The translations under genes were made by a program, and so were the position numbers. Under the pieces are notes generated by a model. It had not been told where the DNA came from, made no database searches, and was given only the letters and a program-made list of their open reading frames with translations. A stretch of DNA of 63,606 nt, counting the filler, from Octopus bimaculoides (Eukaryota): the NCBI RefSeq assembly GCF_001194135.2. It is 7 parts of 7 records of this genome, joined end to end, with 100 filler letters (N's around TTAATTAATTAA, not from the genome) between each part and the next. Parts side by side here need not be neighbours in the genome. Positions count along the whole stretch, not along the records: positions 49,126 to 53,657 come from NC_068987.1; positions 53,758 to 58,290 come from NC_068983.1; positions 58,391 to 61,681 come from NC_068992.1; positions 61,782 to 63,606 come from NW_026342942.1; 3 more parts are not named here. The stretch is one strand, 5' to 3'. Shown one piece after another: positions 50,313-62,634 of this stretch. Position 1 is the stretch's first letter; every line of letters starts with the position of its first letter.

Positions 50313-51199
50313 NNNNNNNNNNNNNNNNNNNNNNNNNNNNNNNNNNNNNNNNNNNNNNNNNNNNNNNNNNNNNNNNNNNNNNNNNNNNNNNNNNNNNNNN
50401 NNNNNNNNNNNNNNNNNNNNNNNNNNNNNNNNNNNNNNNNNNNNNNNNNNNNNNNNNNNNNNNNNNNNNNNNNNNNNNNNNNNNNNNNNNNNNNNNNNNN
50501 NNNNNNNNNNNNNNNNNNNNNNNNNNNNNNNNNNNNNNNNNNNNNNNNNNNNNNNNNNNNNNNNNNNNNNNNNNNNNNNNNNNNNNNNNNNNNNNNNNNN
50601 NNNNNNNNNNNNNNNNNNNNNNNNNNNNNNNNNNNNNNNNNNNNNNNNNNNNNNNNNNNNNNNNNNNNNNNNNNNNNNNNNNNNNNNNNNNNNNNNNNNN
50701 NNNNNNNNNNNNNNNNNNNNNNNNNNNNNNNNNNNNNNNNNNNNNNNNNNNNNNNNNNNNNNNNNNNNNNNNNNNNNNNNNNNNNNNNNNNNNNNNNNNN
50801 NNNNNNNNNNNNNNNNNNNNNNNNNNNNNNNNNNNNNNNNNNNNNNNNNNNNNNNNNNNNNNNNNNNNNNNNNNNNNNNNNNNNNNNNNNNNNNNNNNNN
50901 NTGTTGTCATCCTCGGTGGCGCATACACGTCCGCTAGAGATAGAAGTAGGAGTATAGTTATTGTTTTCATTTCTTACAGAGATTTTCTTAATCAGGTAAT
51001 TTGCTCATTGCAAGATCAGTAACTGTTTGCCACATTTTCTATATATCGCAAGCTGGAATCGATAAAATATTTACCACTTGAACACCGGAGTCAGTGAAAT
51101 CGACTTAGCACCATTCCCGAGGCAGCTAATCTTGTTCCAAAATTTGAATCCAATATCCTTGCTAAAGATACTTACAATATGAACAAAAGAAGAAAGTTG

Positions 51200-52400
51200 G
51201 GGTTTTTTTTTTCAGTTTTGTTTTGTTTTTTGCGTATAGTTTGAAGTCATCCGTAAACGGCAGCTGATTTACTCCTGCATTTTCTCAGTATGTTAGTCAA
51301 CGGAATCAATGTATTCACTACAAGCTATTATAGTGAGAGCATCTCTTCCTGAATTATTCCCCTCCGGTTTTACGCATTTCCTAAATTCATTCCCGCATTT
51401 TAGTTCTACTTTCCACGACCTCTTTTCTAAAAACTTGCAAAGAAAAATAGAACTGTTAAATTCCTTCTTGAATCTGAGTACCCTCAAGCAATGCAAGAAC
51501 CAGTAGAAAGTACAATAACATATGCTTGTCATCATCACTATCATCATCATCATCATCGTCGTCGTCGTCGTCGTGCCGTCGTCATAGTCATCATCACCAT
51601 CATAATCGTCATCGAGGCCATTGTCATCGCCACCATCCTCATCATCGTTGTCATCATCATCAACGTCATCATTATCGACCATGTCGTCATCGTCATCATT
51701 GTCACCACCGACCTTACCACATATGAGTTTTGCACTCAATGTCTGCTTGTATACATCGGCAAATCTAACGAGCCAAGGATCTTTGTGAACAATATATCTG
51801 GTCATCGCTTGTTTATTACCATCGCAGGCATTTAGTAGGAGAGCCATGCCTGTCCATACCTGTCCATGCCTGTCCATTCGCACACAATGAGATAGCCTTG
51901 TCTGTCCACTCGCACTATTTGTTATAAAAAAAAACACCCATGCACTTCGACATAACCGGCCAGATTTTTCTTTTATCATATCTTTCGAGGGCACATCAAA
52001 TGTCTGCTTATTATTTATAAAACATAATCTTCTTTGCCATTTCTTCGTACAGTGAAGCCTTCTCTTCTGTGTCAAAATACTTCCGCATATCTCTTGTAGT
52101 TATCCATCATGTCTGTATGATGCGCAACAAAAGTGGAATTGTTCTTTTGCTATTCTCGTTACTACTAATACGCTTTTTTCGTCTTTTAAGCAAACGCTTT
52201 GAACTTTTTCATTCACTGTATCACTCTAAATATGTGAGCAGGAATTGATATCGCATTTGTAACTGTTTGCCTCATATTCCCATTTGCCTGTTTAATATTT
52301 TTTTCTGAAATCTATCTGCGTATTTGAAAAAAGCTGGATGTACATCCATATCTATTTTCACCATTAAAACTGGTATTCTCAATGAAAACTATCACCTTTT
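51200..52400 (-). mobile_element. Degenerate R4/Dong-type RT region interrupted by (CAT/CGT)n
   Basis: Minus strand KNLAGYVEVHGCFFYNK (resembles K.PG.D.VHG.W.K), YWFLHCLRVL...SWKVEL, LVVNTLIPLTNILRK, VNQLPFTDDFKLYAKN. Confidence 0.65.
51525..51720. repeat. Compound (CAT)/(CGT)/(CAC) trinucleotide tract
   Basis: Direct inspection; source of poly-D/T/M stretches in the ORF track. Confidence 0.95.
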
Positions 52401-52774
52401 TCCAGCTAATGCAAAGGCTGCAACTTCGAAGCACAAATAAATTAGTTAAATGGAAGTTATATAGAGTATATACATGGTTATAAAACCATCTCTGGTGGGA
52501 AATATATTAGACTTCAGAATATGCGAGTGAAATTTTCTTTTAATTGCGGATGCTTTCGGTAGATATAATAAAATGAAACTCCCCATCACTCCAATATACT
52601 TTGCCATTAAGCAATTAGGAGGAATGGCCGGCCTTATAAGAGCGATTTGAAACCGTGTGTTTGCACTACCATGAATCTATGAACACAAAATTTAATAGTA
52701 AGAGGAAAAACAATAATAATTCTATTATAAGCAAAAGATCTGAAATTTTTGGGGAATGGACTAGGTTTATATAT

Positions 52775-52905
52775 CGACACCAGTATTTCCCTGGTACTTG
52801 TTCCATCGAAATGGAAAGGATTATAGGCAAAGTTGAACTCGGCTAAATTTGAGATCGGAAAGTAAAGGCCGTGGTGCTAACGATGCGGCAAAACTCGCTG
52901 CCTTA
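52775..52905 (-). mobile_element. SINE family B, decayed
   Basis: ctggtactt...gaaaggattataggcaaagttgaactcggc...gtgctaacgatgcggcaaaactcgctgcctt. Confidence 0.7.
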
Positions 52906-52931
52906 ACAATAACAATAATAATGGCTTCAAA

Positions 52932-53132
52932 GGCGGTGAGTTGGCAGAAACGTTAGCACGCTCAGCGGTATTTTGTTTGTCTCAACGTTCTGAGTTCAGA
53001 TTCCGCCGAGGTCGACTTTGCCTTTCATCCTTTCTGGGTAGATAAATCAAGTATTAGTTGCGTACTGGGCTCGATCTAATCGACTGGGCCCCCTCCCCAA
53101 AATTTCGGGCCTTGTGCCTATAGAAGTAAAGG
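52932..53132 (+). mobile_element. SINE family B with 17-bp target-site duplication
   Basis: ggcggtgagttggcagaaacgttagcacg...gaggtcgactttgcctttcatcc; flanked by ataataatggcttcaaa at 52915-52931 and 53133-53149. Confidence 0.92.
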
Positions 53133-53352
53133 ATAATAATGGCTTCAAATTTTTGCACCAGTCCAGTAATTAAGGGGGAGGGAACAAGTCGATTATGTCG
53201 ACTTCAGTGTTTCACTGGTACTTATTTTATCGAACTCCATTTGATGAGAGGCAAAGTCGAAATCGGCAGAATTTGAACTATGAACATAAAGAGAGGAGAA
53301 ATACTGCTAACCATTTTGACGGCATGGTAAAGATTCTGCCAGTTTATCGCCT
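53133..53352 (-). mobile_element. SINE family B
   Basis: aagtcgattatgtcgac...ctggtacttattttatcga...ggcaaagtcga...gaatttgaact...ctgccagtttatcgcctt. Confidence 0.8.
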
Positions 53353-53401
53353 TAGCAATAACAACAACAACAATAATAATAATAATGATGATCATTTTTA
53401 C

Positions 53402-53606
53402 TACATGCACAAGGCCTGAAATTTTGAAAGAGGAGGCAAGTTGATCGCATCGATCCCCTTGCTCGACTGATATATATTTCATCGACCACGAAAGGATGAA
53501 AGGTAAAGACGACCTCGGCGGAATTTGAACTCAGAACGTAAGGACGGACGAAATGCCGATAAGCATTATGTCCGGCGTGCTAACGATTCAGCCAGCTCGC
53601 CGCCTT
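53402..53606 (-). mobile_element. SINE family B
   Basis: cgaaaggatgaaaggtaaagacgacctcggcggaatttgaactcagaacgtaa...gctaacgattcagccagctcgccgcctt. Confidence 0.9.
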
Positions 53607-53620
53607 AACAATAATAACAA

Positions 53621-53657
<37 letters not shown>

Positions 53658-53757
53658 NNNNNNNNNNNNNNNNNNNNNNNNNNNNNNNNNNNNNNNNNNN
53701 NTTAATTAATTAANNNNNNNNNNNNNNNNNNNNNNNNNNNNNNNNNNNNNNNNNNNN

Positions 53758-54012
53758 AGGTGCCTTAGGTATAATAAAAAAATATTCAGACAAATACATA
53801 ACAAAAACACCAGGACTTACAAATATATATAACATACAGAAAATTGCACTACTGGGTACTGCACACATACTACGCAAAACACTTTCAATACAGTAAACAT
53901 AAGAGCACCACAGCAAACCACAGCACATACCCAAGGCGCACAGAGCTGCGCTCGGTAGTGAAGTGAAAGCACGTTATAAAAATAAAACTACTGAACAATA
54001 ATAATAATAATA
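53758..54012 (+). mobile_element. 3' end of R4/Dong-type element (end of restriction-like endonuclease ORF, 3' UTR, (AAT)n tail)
   Basis: Uninterrupted GALGIIKKYSDKYITKTPGLTNIYNIQKIALLGTAHILRKTLSIQ* (53759-53896), then a UTR of about 100 nt ending in caataataataataat. Confidence 0.88.
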
Positions 54013-54230
54013 ATTATGTTTTCAAATTTTGGGACAAAGCCAATAATTTTAGGAAGAGTGAATAAGTCAATTACATCGACCCCAGTACTTAACCAGAATT
54101 TTATTTTATTGACCTTGAAGGATGAAAGGCAATGTTGACCTCAGGATTTGACCTCAGCATGTAAAGAGCTGGAAGAAATTCTGCTAAGTATTTTGTCCAA
54201 TAGAATGATGACTCTTTCATCTCACCATCT
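54012..54230 (-). mobile_element. SINE family B, CpG-decayed
   Basis: aagtcaattacatcgaccccagtact...gaaggatgaaaggcaatgttgacctcagg. Confidence 0.75.
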
Positions 54231-54388
54231 CAATGATAATGATGATGTTGATGATGGGTGTGGAAGTGGTAGTCGAACTAGAGAAGACAGAAGAAAAGAC
54301 TAAACAGGAGAAACATATTTCAATGTGGGTGGAATGAGTGAAGGACTGTTTACTGAATGTGCAGAACTGACTGGGGGAAACAGAAAAT

Positions 54389-54800
54389 GTGACAAATAGG
54401 AAACTAGACTTTGAAGGAATGAGACATCATTCTTCAGAAGAACTCTTCAGAAATACGAAAGAGATAAGGGATGATAAGGACAGTTGGTTATTATTAAAGA
54501 AAAAGGAACTGCTGAAGGAAATTGAGGAAATGACCTTGGCTGCACAGGAACAAGCCCTAAAGGTAAATTGGTTCAAGAGGGTGATAAATCAGTAAGACTG
54601 CTCACCCTAATGTAGAATATGAGATGATTCAGATGAGACATTAACATACATTGTAACAAGATATCTCCAGTTATTTCAGAATAAATACAAAAAAATGTAG
54701 GGAGGTATAAGATTGATATAATAACTCACTGGAATTTCTTGCCAGATATTGAGTTTTGCATGCATAGAGAAAAAGGTATAATTATTTTGTGGGAATATGA
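54389..54800 (+). mobile_element. Degenerate R4/Dong-type post-RT region with CCHC knuckle
   Basis: RNTKEIRDDKDSWLLLKK..LKEIEEMTLAAQEQALKVNWFKR...CSP*CRI*DDSDETLTYIV...LFQNKYK. Confidence 0.75.
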
Positions 54801-54849
54801 ATACAAATCCTCAAAAATGTTTCCTATGCAGGAAAGTATGGGACTTTCT

Positions 54850-55260
54850 TGCATAGGCATGGCAGTGTGTTAAGAAGCTTGTTTTCAACCAAGTGGTTTT
54901 GGGTTCAGGCTCACTGCGTGGCATCTTGGGCAAGTGTGTTCTACTATAAGCTCTGAGGCAACCAGTGCCTTCTGAGTGAATTTTATTGATAGACATTGTG
55001 TGGAAGCCAATCGTGTGTGTGTATGTGTGTGCATGCATGTGTGTGTGTGTGTGTGTGTGTGTGAGTCTGCCCTCCACCCCTGTCCCCTGCTTGACAGTTA
55101 GTGCTGGATTATATTCCAGTAGCTTAGTTCTTCAGCAAGAGATTTTTAGAATAAGGATCAAACTTAAAAAATAAAACAAACAACAAATGGAGACAATTTA
55201 TTCAACTAAGGTGGTGCCCCAGCATGGTAAAATTCTAATGATTGAAACAAGTAAAAGAGA
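54850..55260 (+). mobile_element. SINE family A, full length, decayed
   Basis: catggcagtgtgttaagaagcttg...cactgcgtggcatcttgggcaagtgtg...tail ggtggtgccccagcatgg...tgattgaaacaagtaaaaga. Confidence 0.8.
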
Positions 55261-55683
55261 AAAGGAACAAAAAGAAGAATACAACACAACAGACTGGATA
55301 TTGCAGTCAGTGACTAGAAGAAGAAACTATTTATTGTAATTGGTGGGACATGCCCATTTGAATAAAAAGAAAGGGTAGGAAAAAATATATAGACTGTTTT
55401 CCTGAATTACTTGAATAAAGAAATTAGAACTTATTATTGGGGCCTTGGAAATAGAGAAAAAAAAATCTGCAAACAAACCTCGAGAAACTTGATCTTAATT
55501 TGGAATTTGCTGTAGTGTCGAAAATAAAAGTACAGAAGAAAGAACTGTAAATTTTTTTATTTTGTAGTTTTATAAAATGCTCATCATCCTAGATCACATG
55601 TTGTCGTTGCATTGGAAGCACAATTAAACCAAGAGCAACACTAATTCTTTGAAACAGCAGAAGATAATGATGATGATGCATTC

Positions 55684-55739
<56 letters not shown>

Positions 55740-55741
<2 letters not shown>

Positions 55742-55930
55742 CATCATCATCAGCATGGATAAGCTGGTTTGATAGGACCTGACAGGTCAAAGGAGTGTAT
55801 TGAGCATTGTGCTCCAATGTTGCTTTAGCATAGAATTTATCACTGGATGCTTTTCCTTATGCCAAACACCTCAGAACATGTGCTAGGTGCTTTTCTTTGT
55901 GGCCTCAGTACAAATGAAACCACCATGCAG
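55740..55930 (-). mobile_element. LINE/SINE 3' tail ending in (TGA)n; related copies at about 56170-56320, 56990-57180 and 57490-57700
   Basis: Shared motif ggatgc(c/t)ttcc(t)aatgccaac preceded on + by (cat)n and tttccatg; the RTE-like assignment is tentative. Confidence 0.55.
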
Positions 55931-56019
55931 CTTGCAAGACTAAGATTTGCTTTAACTTACAGCTACAGCAGAGATGCGGCTTCATGCTAGGAAAAAGGGT
56001 AACTACATATACATGTGTC

Positions 56020-56069
56020 TGTGTGGCTGTGTGGTAAGTAGCTTGCTTACCAGCCACATGGTTCCGGGT
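56020..56069 (+). mobile_element. SINE family A head truncated by gap
   Basis: gtggctgtgtggtaagtagcttgcttaccagccacatggttccgggt. Confidence 0.9.
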
Positions 56070-57252
56070 NNNNNNNNNNNNNNNNNNNNNNNNNNNNNNN
56101 NNNNNNNNNNNNNNNNNNNNNNNNNNNNNNNNNNNNNNNNNNNNNNNNNNNNNNNNNNNNNNNNNNNNNTGGCAACGGCCATGCTCAAAATGGTGTATTT
56201 TGCGTGCCACCTGCACAGGGCCAGTCCATCGGCACTGGCGACGATGTCGCTCGAATGACTTTTATATATATACATATATGTCATCATCATCATCATCGTT
56301 TAACATCCACTTTCCATGCTAGACAAACAAATATATATATACACACAGACAGACATACATATGTGGGTGGGTGTGTCTTTGTCTGCCACTACAGCTTGAC
56401 TAGTGTTTGTTTACATCTCTGTAATTTAGCAGTTCAGTAAAAGAAACCAACTAAGTACGAGACTTACAAAACAAGTACTGGGGATCAATTTCTTTGACTA
56501 AACCCTTGGAGGCAATGCTCCAGCATGAGCGCACTCCAATGGCTGAAACAAGTAAAAGAAAAGATAGTGATTTCTAGAATGATAAATACTTATTGTTTAT
56601 GGAAGCTGCTAGAATTTATTGCAGTGACGAGGGCAGGAAAAAGTTTGTTATATTAAAATTTTCCATTGATTTGTATGGATTCAGGCATTGTAAAATCATA
56701 AAATTCATGATTAAGATTTCCCGTCAATTAGTATGTTGATTGAAAGTCAAGTCAAAATATAAACAGATGCACAATGGCTTATTGGCAGCAAAAGAAAGGA
56801 ATTTACAGCAATTTCACTCTTCACTGTGTTTTGTCATTGTTTGTGTATCAGAAACACGGTTAGAATACATGATATTCGTTAAGTAGAAAACAAGAAGAAT
56901 TTCAGAACAGCTTTTGAATATAGTTTACTCATTATTATTCTGTGCATAATTAAAATAGCACATTCCATTAATTCAATGTATGTGTCTCTGATCATCATCA
57001 TCTAATGTGCACTTTTCCATGTTTGCATGTGTCAGGCAGTTTTTTTGTTTTTTTTTAAGCAGATTTTCTACAGTTGGATGTCCCTCCTGTTACCAACTTT
57101 CAGCTGTTTTAAAGCAAGATAATACTTCTGTATGGCCAGAAATGCTTTCACAGAAGACTGGAAATGAATAAAATCACTTTTATTAAGATGGTGGTAAATT
57201 ACAACCATAACAAACACACACCTGTCTATCTATCTGTCTGTCTATATATATA

Positions 57253-57296
<44 letters not shown>

Positions 57297-58160
57297 TATA
57301 TGTGCACAGGATGTCACCAATAGTGCAAATAACATGAAATACATAAATAAACGAAGGAAAGATGAGTGAAATACGTAATACACAAAATTGAATTAATTCA
57401 ATGAGTGTGTGTGTGTGTGTGTGTATGTGTGTGTGTGTGTGCGTGTGTGTGTGCGTGTCTTTGCGTTTGCATGTGTATGTGTGCAGGATGTTGCCATTTA
57501 ATATCCCTTTTTCATGTTGACATAAGTTGGACAGTTTGGCTTGAACTGACAAACAAGAGGGTCGCACCATGCTTCAGTGTCTCCTTTGGCATAGTTTCTA
57601 TGACTAGATGCCTTTCCTAATGCCAACTGTTTTACAGAGTGTACTGAGTGCTTTCTTAGAGGAACCAGCACTGATGAGGTCACCGAGGACTGGCAAAACT
57701 ATACCTCCTCCACCAAGTAGGATAGAGGGAGAGGAAGGGGTGGGTTGCTGAAGAGGTGAGTACATGGCTTCACCATCTGGAAAGGAAGCTGTGAGGTCAA
57801 GGTACACATAGAAGAAGAGAGAGAGACTGACAGACAGAGACAGACAGACAGACAGACAGAGAGAGAATAGAGATAGAAGAACAGAAAAGGTGGGTGGATG
57901 AATGGGTAGGTAACTTTGCAAGAGTGTGAAAGCTGATGAGAAGTGGGAGCGAGGTGGATCAGTTTGCAGTAGGGGAAGTGAAGGAAAGGAAACAAGATTG
58001 GGTGAGAGAAGAGGATTGTTGTTTGCGAATCAGAAAACACTGTTGTAATACAAATTATTTATGGAGAAAAATACTTGAGAATGCAGTTTATTTGTTGGCG
58101 TTCCGTGTATAATTGAAATATCACATTCCAGTAATCCAACATATATACATACATAGATAC

Positions 58161-58212
<52 letters not shown>

Positions 58213-58247
58213 ATTTATATATATATATAAACATATATATATGTATG

Positions 58248-58290
<43 letters not shown>

Positions 58291-58927
58291 NNNNNNNNNN
58301 NNNNNNNNNNNNNNNNNNNNNNNNNNNNNNNNNNTTAATTAATTAANNNNNNNNNNNNNNNNNNNNNNNNNNNNNNNNNNNNNNNNNNNNTATATATATA
58401 TATATATATATATTATGTATATGTATATATGTATATATATAGAAAGAGAGAGAATTAGATGGATAGAAGCATATATAGATTACAGATATGTGCATCCATA
58501 GATTTCTTTTAGGTTATCAGATTATAGCTACATCTGACATACTATACATGTATATGCGTGTATTTATATAATATATGACGATGTGCATTAAGACAGTTAT
58601 TTATTCGTTTCTATAGTGTTCTTTATTTAATGAATCGCAGAGTTAAGTGAAAACTCAATCGAAGGAGTTCCATTACTCTTAGATAGAAAGGAGCGTATAT
58701 TTTTTAATAATATTGTTCTATCTTAATATAATAAGTATTTTATATACATTCATTTGTTATTTTTTATTGGTTGATATATACATTCTCTTATTATTATTAT
58801 TGTTGCATTTTGACCTGAAGATTAGCTATATTTTTTAATAGAATTTATTTGTGCTTTTACTTATTATTTTTTCTATATGTGATAGATTTTCATCGATGAG
58901 TTCATGAAACTTGGTTCTTCTCCCTAA

Positions 58928-58959
<32 letters not shown>

Positions 58960-59420
58960 NNNNNNNNNNNNNNNNNNNNNNNNNNNNNNNNNNNNNNNNN
59001 NNNNNNNNNNNNNNNNNNNNNNNNNNNNNNNNNNNNNNNNNNNNNNNNNNNNNNNNNNNNNNNNNNNNNNNNNNNNNNNNNNNNNNNNNNNNNNNNNNNN
59101 NNNNNNNNNNNNNNNNNNNNNNNNNNNNNNNNNNNNNNNNNNNNNNNNNNNNNNNNNNNNNNNNNNNNNNNNNNNNNNNNNNNNNNNNNNNNNNNNNNNN
59201 NNNNNNNNNNNNNNNNNNNNNNNNNNNNNNNNNNNNNNNNNNNNNNNNNNNNNNNNNNNNNNNNNNNNNNNNNNNNNNNNNNNNNNNNNNNNNNNNNNNN
59301 NNNNNNNNNNNNNNNNNNNNNNNNNNNNNNNNNNNNNNNNNNNNNNNNNNNNNNNNNNNNNNNNNNNNNNNNNNNNNNNNNNNNNNNNNNNNNNNATATA
59401 TATATATATATATATATATA

Positions 59421-59585
59421 TACGACGGACGTCTTTCAGTTTCCGTCTATCAAATCCACTCACAAGGCCTTTGTCCGCCCGAGGCTATAGTAGAAGACAC
59501 TTGCCCAAGGTTCCAGGCAGTGGGACTGAACCCGGAACCAGGTGGCTGGTAAGCAAGTTACTTACCACACGGCCACTCCTGTGCC
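59421..59585 (-). mobile_element. SINE family A
   Basis: acgacggacgtctttcagtttccgtc...cccgaggctatagtagaagacacttgcccaagg...gaacccggaacc...cttaccacacggccactcctg. Confidence 0.92.
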
Positions 59586-59896
59586 TATACACATATAAAT
59601 GTGCGTGTGTATGTGTGTGTGTACGTCTATTTTTACGTTTGTGTGTGTCTCACTTCATACGGCAGACTTAGCGTTTTGGTGTGATCAGTTTTGGATGTTA
59701 ATCCAGATAAATGCATATTCTATTTGTTATTGTATACGCGTGTATGAGTATGATATATCAGAGAATATCAGACAGACAAACAGACAAACAGACAACCAGC
59801 CAGGCAAACAGACAGACTGACTGACAAAAAGACAACCAGACCGACAGAAATGTAGACACACTGTCAGATAAACAGACAGAAGACAGACAGACAGAC

Positions 59897-59953
<57 letters not shown>

Positions 59954-60942
59954 TATAGATAGATAGATAGATAGATAGAAAAAATAAGAGGAAGTTCAGA
60001 AAAATGAATCTGATTGACCGAGATATGGACAGTAAGAGACTGAGGGAAGGGCAATTCTTGTGTTGAGTGTTTGTGTGTTTGTATGTATATGTCGGTGTGT
60101 GTGTGTGTGTCTATGTGCGAGTAAGCGATTAAACGAATGTTTGTTTATACGAAACAATATTCATTTTTTTTTTTTTCTAATGATAGACATAGAATATATG
60201 CAAATAGAACGGAATAAAAGAAAATCTGGCCCGCTTACCACAATGAAAAACAAAATAGAACACAGACCTCCATCACATATATCTGCTATGGTCATGCTTA
60301 AATAGTTATACACTTGAATAGCAGCATTAAATGTCCTTTTCTGTTTGAATTTTTTTATTTTTCATGATTGTCTATTGAATTTGTTTTCATCTGTTATTTG
60401 AGGGAAAATATTTATTGCGTTTAACTATAGGAACATATAATGTACGTATATACATATGTATTCGGATGCGTGAGTGGTATACATATACAAAGAAAGAGAG
60501 AGAGAGGATAAGAGGATTTTTCGTCAGGATGACTCAACCTTAATAGGTATGCATTCTGAGTGCTCAAATAGGTGTGCCATCAAAATTCCAGTTAGACCAG
60601 CAGTTGAATTTGGGGTTGCATGATTGTCTTGTTTAAAAAAAGACTAATGATTGCTCCCCTTTCAGACAGTAGGTATAGGTGATATTAGTGACGAAAGGCA
60701 AAGAATTCGTCAAGGCAGGATAGAGACATTTCATTTCATTCAATTCAATATAAAAAGCTTTGCTACATGACGGAGTGGTAGAAATATTACCACTCGTTAT
60801 GTAGCAATATTCTAAAAAAATTTTAGATTGAGGTAAATAAAATCAAATATGTTTGTCTTGCCTAGACTAATTGTTTACATTTCCTCACTACTTTAACCTG
60901 TACATATGTGTGTGTATATGTACATATATAGATTTCTGTATG

Positions 60943-60977
<35 letters not shown>

Positions 60978-61057
60978 GGTAAATGAAAGACGGAAGATGG
61001 AATATAGGAGAATTTATTATTTACTATATCGAAGACATCTATGTGTGTGTGTAAATA

Positions 61058-61126
61058 AAATTGAATAAGTTAGAGTCACAGGAAGGAATACATTTTCCTT
61101 CCTGTTGACTCTAACTTATGCAATTT
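61058..61126. other. 69-nt near-perfect hairpin (pre-miRNA-like or foldback)
   Basis: aaattg-a-ataagttagagtca-caggaaggaa-[tacatt]-ttccttcctg-t-tgactctaacttat-g-caattt: 30 bp paired, one mismatch, one bulge. Confidence 0.85.
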
Positions 61127-61505
61127 CATTTTCACACATTACGTATGCCAAAATCTAGACTTAGAAATATATCGTAATACTTCCAGATATTCGGTAATTC
61201 TTAGGGTAAAAAAGCTATATACTGTACTCTGCTGCGTTCTTAACGGAATATACCTTATATATGTGTGTTTGTGTCTGTCTGTGTATTATTCTTTAACAAG
61301 AATATTATTGACTGTGGCTTCCACGTTTTAGCCATCGTACTTCGAAATCACAATGAATGCTATTCTTGATGAAGAATAATAAGTTCGTAGTCTACCAAAT
61401 ATCTTGAGTAATCCTTCAGCTTAATGTTAAACTGTTTTTATTATAACACGAGAGCAAACAGATATATATAAATATGTATACATACATGCATATAGATAGA
61501 TAGAT

Positions 61506-61573
<68 letters not shown>

Positions 61574-61634
61574 GGATGGATAGATGGATAGATAGACAGA
61601 CAGACAGATAGATATAAATATATATATGTGTATG

Positions 61635-61681
<47 letters not shown>

Positions 61682-61781
61682 NNNNNNNNNNNNNNNNNNN
61701 NNNNNNNNNNNNNNNNNNNNNNNNNTTAATTAATTAANNNNNNNNNNNNNNNNNNNNNNNNNNNNNNNNNNNNNNNNNNNN

Positions 61782-61818
<37 letters not shown>

Positions 61819-62001
61819 CATGCATACAAGCTAGTATTCTGGTAATTTCTCTAAAGATACATAGAATTTAGCATTCTGAATTTATATAACCCAGTGAAAA
61901 GGCGAGCTAAACAAAACAAAACAAAACAAAAAAAGTAAGAAAAAAAGAAAAATTCATGTGTAGGCGTACACTAAATAAACTTGCATACATATGTCTGTGT
62001 A

Positions 62002-62220
62002 AGGCGGCGAGCTGGCAGAAACGTTAAGCGCGCAGGGCGAAATGCTTAGCGGTATTTCGTCTGTCTTTATGTTCTGAGTTCAAATCCCGCCGAGGTCGAC
62101 TATGCCTTTCATCCTTTCGGGGTCGATGAATTAAGTAGCAGTTATGTACTGAGGTCGATCTAATCGACTGGCCCCTCCCCCCACCAAATTTCAGGCTTTG
62201 TGCTAATAGTACAAAGGATA
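62002..62220 (+). mobile_element. SINE family B, full length
   Basis: aaggcggcgagctggcagaaacgtt...gaaatgcttagcggtatttcgtc...gaggtcgactatgcctttcatcctttcggggtcga. Confidence 0.93.
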
Positions 62221-62386
62221 TGTGTGTGTGTACATGTGTGTGAGTGGGGTTAATCGCCAAATTTAAGAAACTAACACATTAAACCATATCTAAATGCAGT
62301 CACGCATAATTGCAATTCAAAGTCTGACACTCTTTTTTTTTTCAAGTTATTCATTTTGTATGGATTTTGTCTCTATTATACATTAC

Positions 62387-62446
<60 letters not shown>

Positions 62447-62596
62447 GAATGGGGGTAGCTGATGAAGGAAAATGTTCTCTATGTGGCCTCTGTGTATTCT
62501 GTACTCTGGTTATTATTATTTTTTTGTCTACGTTTTGTTTGCAATGTCCTGTACCCAGATATGCACCTATATANNNNNNNNNNCTCATTTATTATT

Positions 62597-62634
<38 letters not shown>

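Noticed and set aside
62455-62490. CTGATGAAGG hammerhead-like start in a dispersed repeat
   Set aside because: No downstream GAAA/NUH with proper stems could be built.
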